Shown in pieces: positions 58,201-64,000 of a stretch of DNA of 64,000 nucleotides. The DNA comes from a virus (lineage: Duplodnaviria; Heunggongvirae; Uroviricota; Caudoviricetes). How positions within the stretch are numbered: position 1 is the stretch's first letter; each line of letters starts with the position of its first letter. The notes under the pieces were generated by a model, which did no database searches, was not told where the DNA came from, and was given only the letters and a program-made list of their open reading frames with translations. The DNA is taken from the IMG/VR virus record IMGVR_UViG_3300044655_003531, positions 64,001 through 128,000 of that record, one strand, 5' to 3'. The translations under genes were made by a program, and so were the position numbers.

Positions 58201-60614
58201 ATTGATCCATTGTATGGGGTGTTAGTGCCAGCTGAAACTGAAATGTCGTATGCAATAATCAGATCAACTTCACAAGGTGGGGGTTCCTGAGTGCAAATAC
58301 CCCAAACGAAATTAACAGCCATTGCATTAGTTATCGATACACTTATAGATGTGTGAGTACCTGGAAAATAAATAGTTCCAAAACTTTCATTTCCCGTTAC
58401 TTCGTTAGGACCAGTTTTAGTTAATGGGAAAGAGAGGGTTGGGTCCTGCAGAACACAGACAATTTCTAAGTTACTGGTGAATTGAGCAACTCCCGTTGTT
58501 CCTCCACTTCCAAGAGAGTAAATTGCTAGAGAAGGATCCGTAACTGGTCTATCGAAAGTGAAAGTGTATACTTCCGTTCCCGTTACCTGATTTACATTCA
58601 GGCCCAAAGCTTCAGTCAGCTGGGGATTTTTAGGACAAAGTAAAGCAAAATATGGGGTATTTGTAACATTATAATAGGAAGTGTTGGGTTGAGTGGACGA
58701 AACGGTAACAGTGGCAATCTGACTGTTCCCCGTATTGTTATTTTCATAAAATCTACCTACCCTATCAAATATATTATTTAAATTCCAAAAACTCCAAGAA
58801 ATGTCTTGAGGAGGACATCCAGTGGATCCGGCAGGGGAAGGAGAAACAGTTGGAGTATTTGAAGGGGTGGGTGAATTGGTTGGGGTGACGCTTGGTGTTT
58901 GTGATGGTGTGTTATTAGGGGTTTTTGTGGGGGTGTTTGTTGGAGTTTTGGTAGGAGTCTGGGTGTTGGTAGGGGTCTGGGTGTTGGTAGGAGTCTGGGT
59001 GTTGGTAGGGGTCTGAGTATTGGTGGGGGTCTGGGTGTTGGTAGGGGTCTGGGTGTTGGTAGGAGTCTGGGTGTTGGTAGGGGTCTGTGTATTGGTGGGG
59101 GTCTGGGTGTTGGTAGGGGTCTGGGTGTTGGTAGGGGTAACAGTAGGAGTTACGCTGGGCGTAACGCTAGGTGTTTGAGAAGGGGTTGAGTTAGGAGTCT
59201 GGGTGTTGGTAGGAGTCTGGGTGTTGGTAGGAGTCTGGGTGTTGGTAGGAGTCTGGGTGTTGGTAGGGGTCTGAGTATTGGTGGGGGTCTGGGTGTTGGT
59301 AGGAGTCTGGGTGTTGGTAGGGGTCTGGGTGTTGGTAGGGGTCTGGGTGTTGGTAGGAGTCTGGGTGTTGGTAGGGGTAACGCTCGAGGTTGGAGTGTTG
59401 GTAGGAGTCTGAGTGTTGGTAGGAGTCTGAGTGTTGGTAGGAGTCTGGGTGCTGGTAGGAGTCGGGGTGTTGGTAGGGGTCTGAGTATTGGTGGGGGTCT
59501 GAGTGTTGGTAGGAGTCTGGGTGTTGGTAGGAGTCGGGGTGTTGGTAGGGGTCTGAGTATTGGTGGGGGTCTGAGTATTGGTGGGGGTCTGAGTGTTGGT
59601 AGGAGTCTGGGTGGGGGTTGGGGTAGGAGTAGGAGTAGGACAGACTCCTCCTGTACAAAGAGGAGCAGAATTGTTGTATCCGCAAGTAGTGGCATTAGTA
59701 AAAATAGAAACGTTATCTACAATTGCCCGGGCACACAACCTTCCCGAATCACCTGTGGAAAGATCAATGGCTTGAACTGCACCTTCACAATCAATATAAT
59801 TGACAGCAATAGTATTTCCCGTTGTGTTGTTGTACTCATAACATCTACATTCAAAACCACAAAAACCCCCTGGGGAACATCCTACTACGGTATTCCAACA
59901 ACCTGAATTATATCCAGGGACAGGAATTACATTAAAAGCAGCATTGATCCCCTTATAACAAACCTGAATCCTTGTTCTAGGGCTGAGCGTCGTTGATATT
60001 GTCAGATTGTTACAACCCGTATAAGAAATAAATCCTGTTTGGGTGTAAGAGATGTTAACAACTTGCATGCAGTAACATGCATCTTCGGGGACAACACTGT
60101 TCTGAATGGGTCCCGTGGATCCGATGAAATCGGCCGTTCCTCCTTTTACTTCAGGCTGGGCTACCCCTATAAAAAAACCAAAAGATCCTGTTCCCCCTGT
60201 AAGTCCTTGGTCAGGTCCAAAGCTTAGAACTTCCTGTCGGCAGGAACAACTTTCTAGATCAACTGAAAAATTGTCGAAATTTTCATATTCATAGACATAA
60301 CAAGGAGCCGAAGTAAGACACGGAGTTGGAGTAGGGGTTGGAGTCACGGTACTCGTTACCGATGGTGTAGGCGTAGGGGTGGGAGTAATAGAGGGGGTGG
60401 GAGTTGGGGTAATCGAACCACAAGAGCTTTCTTGTGAGACCCCACCTTCTTCACCAATAATAAATAAAACAGAATTTTCTATAGCACAAATTGAAGCGGT
60501 TGCACCCGCTCCCACATTAAGTTGTTCGGTTGACCCATCAACACAATCTTGGTAATCATAAGTTGCTGCTTGTAAACCTACCTGACTTACTAAGTAATTA
60601 TAACAATTTGGCAT
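49206..60614 (-). CDS. 3802-aa virion protein: mucin-like Thr/Pro linkers, Cys-rich modules, vWA and carbohydrate-binding-like domains fused to a baseplate-type C-terminal half
   Basis: Single open frame; TPTNTQ and [10 protein letters not shown] arrays; vWA DISVS...GGTN...IVDG; ordinary globular sequence from [11 protein letters not shown] (aa about 1958); GATAAATA at 60661-60668. Confidence 0.8.
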   Translation of the reverse strand: MPNCYNYLVSQVGLQAATYDYQDCVDGSTEQLNVGAGATASICAIENSVLFIIGEEGGVSQESSCGSITPTPTPSITPTPTPTPSVTSTVTPTPTPTPCLTSAPCYVYEYENFDNFSVDLESCSCRQEVLSFGPDQGLTGGTGSFGFFIGVAQPEVKGGTADFIGSTGPIQNSVVPEDACYCMQVVNISYTQTGFISYTGCNNLTISTTLSPRTRIQVCYKGINAAFNVIPVPGYNSGCWNTVVGCSPGGFCGFECRCYEYNNTTGNTIAVNYIDCEGAVQAIDLSTGDSGRLCARAIVDNVSIFTNATTCGYNNSAPLCTGGVCPTPTPTPTPTQTPTNTQTPTNTQTPTNTQTPTNTPTPTNTQTPTNTQTPTNTQTPTNTPTPTSTQTPTNTQTPTNTQTPTNTPTSSVTPTNTQTPTNTQTPTNTQTPTNTQTPTNTQTPTNTQTPTNTQTPTNTQTPTNTQTPTNTQTPNSTPSQTPSVTPSVTPTVTPTNTQTPTNTQTPTNTQTPTNTQTPTNTQTPTNTQTPTNTQTPTNTQTPTNTQTPTNTQTPTKTPTNTPTKTPNNTPSQTPSVTPTNSPTPSNTPTVSPSPAGSTGCPPQDISWSFWNLNNIFDRVGRFYENNNTGNSQIATVTVSSTQPNTSYYNVTNTPYFALLCPKNPQLTEALGLNVNQVTGTEVYTFTFDRPVTDPSLAIYSLGSGGTTGVAQFTSNLEIVCVLQDPTLSFPLTKTGPNEVTGNESFGTIYFPGTHTSISVSITNAMAVNFVWGICTQEPPPCEVDLIIAYDISVSAGTNTPYNGSIIAERLVSLQIVNNFINEINSGKVRVAAYSWSDVSPDPQIQPSLNSLQFSSNYNQIYNYFCQQSVSYPSCLDYSGVSFPGGTNPGLGINTAISLATSYGRPNAKKVLVLIVDGNPSTNPSSPNAYLLQQATLFKQLSLYGMPGTSEIVVIGVGGNSDDPNFTACSVSISGIPTDLCYSSALYSQVASNDPITGNPMMINLVGPGPGPSSIQSLYNNTPGLQTIYNAALQATNFICPNSPCTQANLFVNGDFQNSVASQTGGSVVGWSLSNVDVRSIRSAYFPNFFGPNSDNVFINLSSCAAFGTVQQALTLTPGTVYILSYNIGANKQNLADNSSRTVQVRLNGTLLSTNNILPSAVIGTTSNNPFFDFGWETKSVIFTATQISNTIQFRGSSPNTCFGPVLDNVCLVESSAYPVPSPTQTPSQTPTPSITPTNTPTPSTTPIICNCYNYYNDNDPCPLPVVAWSTKPLSDLGPGDFIYNTPNLADPFSNSANSFYAFGQDPCDLEPRWLLLGTASSGQISLSGVCDVTPTPTPSSTPTPTPSVSDNLGVYTVFMNIEGASSESFSGEPEIPGPTQTASSTPTPSITASPTPTSSETPTLTPTPTETGTPTPTPSETATQTPTPSETGTPTPTPTNSLTPSESATPSPTPTPTVTPTVSPTLSPVGTWYPLYGRGNGYITSQQACDAHLIGEPCEVSYADCDPSVNFVSFSVLPGESGTFCAQWIVSDPCDIVSQQGGCTNPGGTGYICAPPPTPTLTSTSPAPCCITANKFISPPFPNNVFPSTSWLYRSINWNGVTITASTTTPNALRIAAPEPTYGCDIQQIIFDSYNNKYSGLIDTFYSSPVNANYTLNFSQPISTITLRILYLSVDENSNSEFIYFTTNTGTPSLEPVIWCGDRSSFEIGTNVNGSYIKNLLTTVPGNYDDEVSLVVEIKNPLGFSSLTLTNVWPPNPGSSSPAGVGFDICECSNPTATVTPSVTPTNTPTPSITPTNSPTPSITPSISVTPSVTPTNTPTPSITPTNTPTPSITPTNTPTPSITPTNTPTPSTTPTNTPTPSITPTNTPTPSITPTSTPTPSVTPSVTPTPIIYDCIRWCIANTNSYPVTITVTRCDGTSQPFSLSAFSEICNICLRNVTTIAGVIATDTGRLCTFLPKLFDYNSSFGVLRTNPKLTGNVKLTLDSNGSVWMNSMDANPVLSDQRFKKYRVSGQNAYSKDLYRFFMNGTVPENVIFEVAKLTDGEDRPVEGFSSQYDFFYGSGASTLVDRNYNENFRYFQPLWLRDEIPDFFVIFKIPGPLSYPYSTNQTEILSGTQYKIIQDVNSPDPFVISYGVDNFARPILYRAGEFMVGNSVYSTYEIVSGSGKVVLMNETLFQPEVDDVNSYFNSKILPNAAAIATFDLREDTVIGKYIRSIINDPGFSSAPLDFSYQLNAFTYYQGVDIKTGSYSKKGELMYDFLISNNSTPQIDFENYVTGGFERNGIIIPNLLNLEFLFNDPDSDLYSINRYFGLYVSRNDLGSFKLNGDFFYQYRNLSGNNNLPKPSTNNVGYASSTDPNYLSSTTGVRLFYQEANSWIPGSYDVNVLEPQKLFYITDKNDKFYSLLRNENYDSTTQTWSNNTPVSGQFGPLLPSGNFGTESNMEMKSGNLVVFNRQLNLLDFTGPNERIGGFSGFLPESSGHANINIQFLSTFNSSTPVTFKIIWPNGTRGPLNEKYDLIQSSLLGGSVLNWQAGSSYNNGNTHYFNFSQGQTSQVASSFVQCVLSISSTIWDSANSDNNAIIRARNSGANYNTDFKIAVFSDYDSFESSYAGIWSSTAGYSAGQIVSYFNVYYTASSAITAPSSGNTNPPPTEDNTWQNYFTFTTSGLIKIENYDVSALDRNLNFVGGTDFSKSRVAFSINEKDKITPGKWIEVEGGRGVVGSVSRISSVTRYVDRPIYNNNPSLTSGTVTEFRGYNEFLVASLEDTKAIISLGSDGNFNVWDVATLYSGAFSFFDLKDFDYDFLSSKYGETPTPEFHRYFQLVPDQPGQIVEGVKYIVRSGEILVDKGSPTERILGPGSAFIGTTVNYFQDILFSETGTLSVVYPAVFSQVGWVDPQTPYPTTIVPEQNLNSFEGFYGIQSISNEMPIPNPLEKAELFEYGKLETEYQYLWENFTQTRANFSRIVPFVNKWGFLGGTDARGNVYRLNSSPAFSPTNFSPSFQKESPDPRYLTHEWLILQGVPPQFPIDDISKQKSYLPGEVDFQKLRSGNPNYALYFNSFFTVSTADYPAPYYSLKYQGYEYFSNLNFNYATGFYETVFRGVKIVLKKRSSVTNPKSELEKYIINYRGYENYNFSAILKVVPEDDSEIQSPVRYEFIENVQQKCVLLVVYVVIKDYRALPLGSTGGTGGTPYLDYLLMYCMSDKKEATDVGTTGATGPTGSPLYDIADIKLSAALNLSTTSDSSVTLFSNSGKIFTIENPDFDTDLREEINLFYPIGSTGSVSDTGPGSFYVPSQSYTYPWPVGRSQNLVDFQAIEPGAYEFQIPFAFSSPVTIPVGPRSAYANYPVFQVDGGEDYFDFILKRISLSQIYLRVNNESPYISYTTYDWDPIAESTLVSQNSFQVSFTEPTALYKPTGLYPVKSYEGPQTLGTSVVTSYQIENGGSELASDILRYGGAYEPLFKKVLRFKGDKTDSISGNPGADITFRNCTFAPEQEGFGLIENLAFSKVSLDQNILQASQNLPQGPVFPLVGQSPISYKNFSVFLSSWDPGYYNLWTSATTQNPVAGTRSMKENKSFLGSKMMQTPYTVTIYTFITLELVRTSGNTNVDAINTQAVAAVPAIQNLNPSTSNTGVGQLGNYLSNVDLPVFDQDIFPQVEIFWQRNEISNTVIGSIRLDRILRRYLLNSGVSQVFVDNMVSEFGLGNPNSIYDDINTYIDQNIVPIYEGITFDLFVKKTGEALTTTELLVRGDLINPDRIRYGYYQQNNYRLTKITDLIYSFEYPLTVGQNYSLTFSFRIQKI
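54945..55290 (-). repeat. 30-nt coding tandem repeats ([10 protein letters not shown])
   Basis: Plus-strand unit GGAGTGATACTCGGGGTCGGGGTGTTAGTA and variants. Confidence 0.9.
58840..59640 (-). repeat. 18-nt coding tandem repeats (TPTNTQ), about 35 copies in two blocks
   Basis: Plus-strand unit GGAGTCTGGGTGTTGGTA and variants. Confidence 0.95.
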
Positions 60615-60663
60615 TTAGATTCTGGTTTAGTAACTCTATCATTCTGTTTAATCTACTCTCTAT

Positions 60664-63600
60664 TTATCCAACGTTCAAACCACCTTGCGAAGAGAAATTA
60701 GGAGAAGAAAGGGTGTCATTCTTGTATTTTCCTGTCGCTTCTAGATCGAAAGAAAAAGGACTTTGATTTTTTACCTGAATATCAATGCCCATTTTTTTTG
60801 TATAAACAATATTGGTTGGATTACCATCTGCCCTAAATCCACCAATATAACCTAACTTATCAGTTGTCCTAAATTGAAAGATAATAGGGATAATAATGGC
60901 ATTATTTGAACCCTGCTGGACTGGCTGGAATGCCAAAGAAGTTGAACCTTGAACCTGAACTACGGATGAAGTTACGGGACCTAAAAAGAAATAAGAGCCA
61001 CAACTATATCTGCCAATCAGCCATTCATCAGAACTTTCAAAACCCCACTTTAAAGGAAACATAGAATCTTCTCTAGTAGCAGTAGGTCCCTGTACAAAAT
61101 CATCTGTAACCGGACTGTATGAAATCTGCTTCCAGTAGTTGGGTAGATTCGCATCATAATAGAAATAATCGGATTGTCTGAAGGCCGGGTACACTACCAC
61201 ACCACCGGCAAAATTGGGTTTAACTAAATTAGTAAAAGTTTGACCTGTCACCAAAGCTGGGTGATCTTTATGAATACAAAATTCGCTCAGATAGCCACCG
61301 CCAACTCCCGCATAACTACCCGTAGAGCCAGTATAATTACCATTCCAAACCGCCGGACCTGTGCCTGAAGCTGTAGGGACAGTGGACACGGAAGGGTCAT
61401 AGGGAATCAAGGATGAGCCATTCTGTGGTAGACCCTGGCCATTTCCTTGGTAATTGTAACCCGCTGAATAGGGCTGCGTGCTAACATACAGATCCTGATC
61501 TAGACCGACACTTTTCCATCTGGGGTAAATAAACTGGCTGTTGGCGTTACCCGACATATAAGGGGCAGCTTGTCTAAGCTGCTGGAAAGACTCATCGTTG
61601 GCGTTGCCGGTAGATCCAGGAGGAATAATATCGGCTGGAGTTAGTGATGTAATAGAAATACCAATTTCACCGTACCTCAGACTCTGATTGTAACCTTCTG
61701 GCAGAGAGTAAGTTGTAGAAGAGCCAGCAACTGTGTTAAGTCCACCTGGCACAACCGAAGAAAGTTCTAGAATTCCAGCTGCTGTGTTAATCAATTTAAG
61801 CTGATAAATAGAAGAAGCGATTTTTCCTGCATCAGAAGTAAGAGGACTAGTAAAAATTTGGTTAGTGTAACCTGCATTAAGTTTGATAGTTTGCCCACTT
61901 GTAATAATTTGGCTGTTTCCTGCAGAATCTACAATTTGAACCTCAAGAACGCCAACACTTCTTTCAATCGTTGCTCTTAGTGAAACGATCTCATTCTGGA
62001 GATCTGTTAATTTCTGAAACAAGTCGACTGGATTTCCGTTCGAGTCGTAAAATCCACTTGCAATTGCAGGAGTATCCAAAACAAAAACTTTTGATCCAGC
62101 AGTGAACTGTCTTGACAACAGATTGTCTAGACCTTTAGAAGACAAATCCTGTTGGATTGCCAAAACAGCCTCGTCTTTTAAATTAGTTGTTACCGCAGCA
62201 GCCGTGTTTTGGGTGCTGGCATCGGCAGGAAATCCGATGATAACACTATCTGACCAGTCGGAAGTTAAGGGGTTGTCTGGCCATCCTGCCTCTGAAACTG
62301 ATTTAATTCTAATTTCCACTTGTTCTCCGCTGGTGATAGGAATATCCAATTGGTTAATGTTGTTGGCATCTGCATCATCAGTTAATTCAGGAGCCCAGGT
62401 ATAAGTGCCAGTGTTAGGATCATAAATTTTTGTTCTTATGTCTGTAATAACTCTGTTCCAATTACTAAAGGAGCCTGTTTTCTGTTGACCGTTGTTATCT
62501 AGGAAATTAATTTGTTGAACAGCCGGAGAAATACCAGAATCTGATAAATAACGGTATTCTATAATAAATTGGATAACTTGTTGAGACCCTGTCGAAGGAT
62601 TGATTCTGGGAGGAGGAATAGCCCAAAATCCCCTTACCCTATACTTTGGATCTACAGTTAGTTGAGGGGTACTTGTAGATAGGGTGTTAATGTCGCTAAC
62701 AACAGAAGCCAACAGTTGCTGTTTTTGAACTCTTTGTTGGGTTAAAGAGTTTAGGTTGGCTGTTAGAGCTTGAGAATTTTGGGTTGTTGTTCTCAGACTG
62801 GTATCGATTGAGGATGTTAAACTGTTGCCTGAAGTCTTAGAGAATGGAGTTACAGAGGTAGTACTCAAACTATTAATCTGTGCTCGATTGGTGTTGATCG
62901 CCGTATCGAGCTGAGCTATTTCACTTTGGAGGGTTGCTTTTAAAGCCACCTTTTGATTCAGAGTTTGAATATCGGTGCCTTGGGTTAGCTGAGTGTTAAT
63001 CTGAACAACTTTGAAATTACTGTTTACAATACTAGGGGGTTCCGGCACGAGGCCGCTCACGGCCGAGATTTTTTTCTCTTTTGCCATCGCCAGTAGCTGC
63101 TGCCCCAGATCTGCCACCGAGGTCAAATAAAATTGTTCGAGAGTCTGAACCCCGCTGGTGGTATTGATTCTGAGTTCATTGCTGAAAAAAACAATGCCAG
63201 GGGACCAGTTAGAAGCAACTATATTGTAATTGTCGTCGATCTTTTTAAAGAAAACACCTTGCCTCTCATCGTAACCAACGTTGACGTCTACAAATCGTGC
63301 ATTGAACTGGGTAGACAATAGGCTCAAGGAGTTATTACCTATTTGAACAGGCTGATAGCCAGAAATTCTTTTAAGTTGGACCGAAGTTTGACTGATGTTA
63401 ATAGAAGTAATCTCGTATCTAGTGCCATCTGAGGTTAATAAAACATTCCCGACATTTAAAGTTCTACCGTTTTGAACTCCCGTACTGGTATCGGTGTACT
63501 GAACAGAGTTAAGTTTGTAATTCCTTCTCGTTTCTTGTACAGTCTGACCGTTAGCATCTGTTGTACTAACAGTGTCATCGTAAAAAGAAAGAACCCCAAA

Positions 63601-63999
63601 CGAGCCCTGATTTCTAATAGTGCGAAGAGGCAGTGGAATTATGTCCTCGTCCACAAAATAATTGATGCCTGCTCCGGTGAGTTCTGAAATAAAATTTTGT
63701 TCTGAAATTTCATTTCTTCCTTTCAGATTGGTGTCAAAATAGGCTTTTTTATCATCCGTGTCGGTGTTGGCGATGATTCTCTTCACCAAAATTCGATCTG
63801 CGTCATCGGGTATTTGCCCAGTTACGTCCAGACTGATGTAGAGTAAAGGAGAAAGAAAACTTTCAAAAAACCAGTTGTCCCTGGCAGAAAAAGTGCTGGG
63901 TACTTGTAAGTTTACCAGAGGGGTTGGATCTCTGAGAGGTTCTGATTTGTAGATTTGTGAATAAGTCCCATCAGGGTTTCTGACCGTTGAGAAATTATC
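60664..63999 (-). CDS. Large virion structural protein (partial; frame is open to the right edge)
   Basis: The frame of ORF 60664-63789 continues without a stop to 63999 (DNFSTVRNPDG...NWFFESFLSPLLY...DRILVKR); coiled-coil segments. Confidence 0.7.
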   Translation of the reverse strand, partial: DNFSTVRNPDGTYSQIYKSEPLRDPTPLVNLQVPSTFSARDNWFFESFLSPLLYISLDVTGQIPDDADRILVKRIIANTDTDDKKAYFDTNLKGRNEISEQNFISELTGAGINYFVDEDIIPLPLRTIRNQGSFGVLSFYDDTVSTTDANGQTVQETRRNYKLNSVQYTDTSTGVQNGRTLNVGNVLLTSDGTRYEITSINISQTSVQLKRISGYQPVQIGNNSLSLLSTQFNARFVDVNVGYDERQGVFFKKIDDNYNIVASNWSPGIVFFSNELRINTTSGVQTLEQFYLTSVADLGQQLLAMAKEKKISAVSGLVPEPPSIVNSNFKVVQINTQLTQGTDIQTLNQKVALKATLQSEIAQLDTAINTNRAQINSLSTTSVTPFSKTSGNSLTSSIDTSLRTTTQNSQALTANLNSLTQQRVQKQQLLASVVSDINTLSTSTPQLTVDPKYRVRGFWAIPPPRINPSTGSQQVIQFIIEYRYLSDSGISPAVQQINFLDNNGQQKTGSFSNWNRVITDIRTKIYDPNTGTYTWAPELTDDADANNINQLDIPITSGEQVEIRIKSVSEAGWPDNPLTSDWSDSVIIGFPADASTQNTAAAVTTNLKDEAVLAIQQDLSSKGLDNLLSRQFTAGSKVFVLDTPAIASGFYDSNGNPVDLFQKLTDLQNEIVSLRATIERSVGVLEVQIVDSAGNSQIITSGQTIKLNAGYTNQIFTSPLTSDAGKIASSIYQLKLINTAAGILELSSVVPGGLNTVAGSSTTYSLPEGYNQSLRYGEIGISITSLTPADIIPPGSTGNANDESFQQLRQAAPYMSGNANSQFIYPRWKSVGLDQDLYVSTQPYSAGYNYQGNGQGLPQNGSSLIPYDPSVSTVPTASGTGPAVWNGNYTGSTGSYAGVGGGYLSEFCIHKDHPALVTGQTFTNLVKPNFAGGVVVYPAFRQSDYFYYDANLPNYWKQISYSPVTDDFVQGPTATREDSMFPLKWGFESSDEWLIGRYSCGSYFFLGPVTSSVVQVQGSTSLAFQPVQQGSNNAIIIPIIFQFRTTDKLGYIGGFRADGNPTNIVYTKKMGIDIQVKNQSPFSFDLEATGKYKNDTLSSPNFSSQGGLNVG

Positions 64000-64000
64000 G

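Noticed and set aside
54982-59775. Overlapping ORFs with GVGVLV, YQHPDS and LPTPR repeats
   Set aside because: They are other frames of the Thr/Pro repeat DNA in the 3802-aa gene.
1-64000. Stop-codon reassignment, tRNA genes, eukaryotic giant-virus origin
   Set aside because: Long ORFs are intact in the standard code with all three stops used, the intergenic gaps show no cloverleaf, and the gene set (gp32, UvsW/Y, gp61-like, terminators) is T4-like phage despite annexin, MBD4-like and mucin-like features.

Overview
About 64 kb of a large T4-like (myovirus-type) dsDNA phage genome in the standard genetic code, almost fully coding and mostly on the minus strand. The host is probably Bacteroidota (inference from A-rich leaders without Shine-Dalgarno sites, an Hc1-like gene, a DUF4494-like gene and a Flavobacteria-type class Id RNR). 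Replication and repair genes: a family B DNA polymerase split into two genes about 21.4 kb apart, probable sliding clamp, two type II topoisomerase subunits, primase, gp32-like SSB, UvsW, UvsY, RuvC-like nuclease, UvsE, an MBD4-like glycosylase, RNR, dUTPase/dCTPase. Host-like genes: DnaJ, Hsp20, acyl-CoA thioesterase, GT2-TPR glycosyltransferase, adenylate kinase. The right third is tail/baseplate genes, including a 3802-aa mucin-like/vWA protein. Strongest signals: (1) a tandem trio of capsid-tagged 21-aa LRR genes with constant caps, 4/7/9 repeats, shuffled hypervariable cassettes and an NNY codon signature; (2) a late operon with a ligase-fold/NMNAT-like fusion next to a Pol-beta nucleotidyltransferase; (3) about 17 proteins with a T4 capsid-targeting-like N-terminal peptide, mostly behind a GATATATA late-promoter motif, suggesting an injected enzyme payload. 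No tRNA, rRNA, CRISPR array, RT, integrase or intein was recognised. All family names come from motif recognition by eye; no database search was run.
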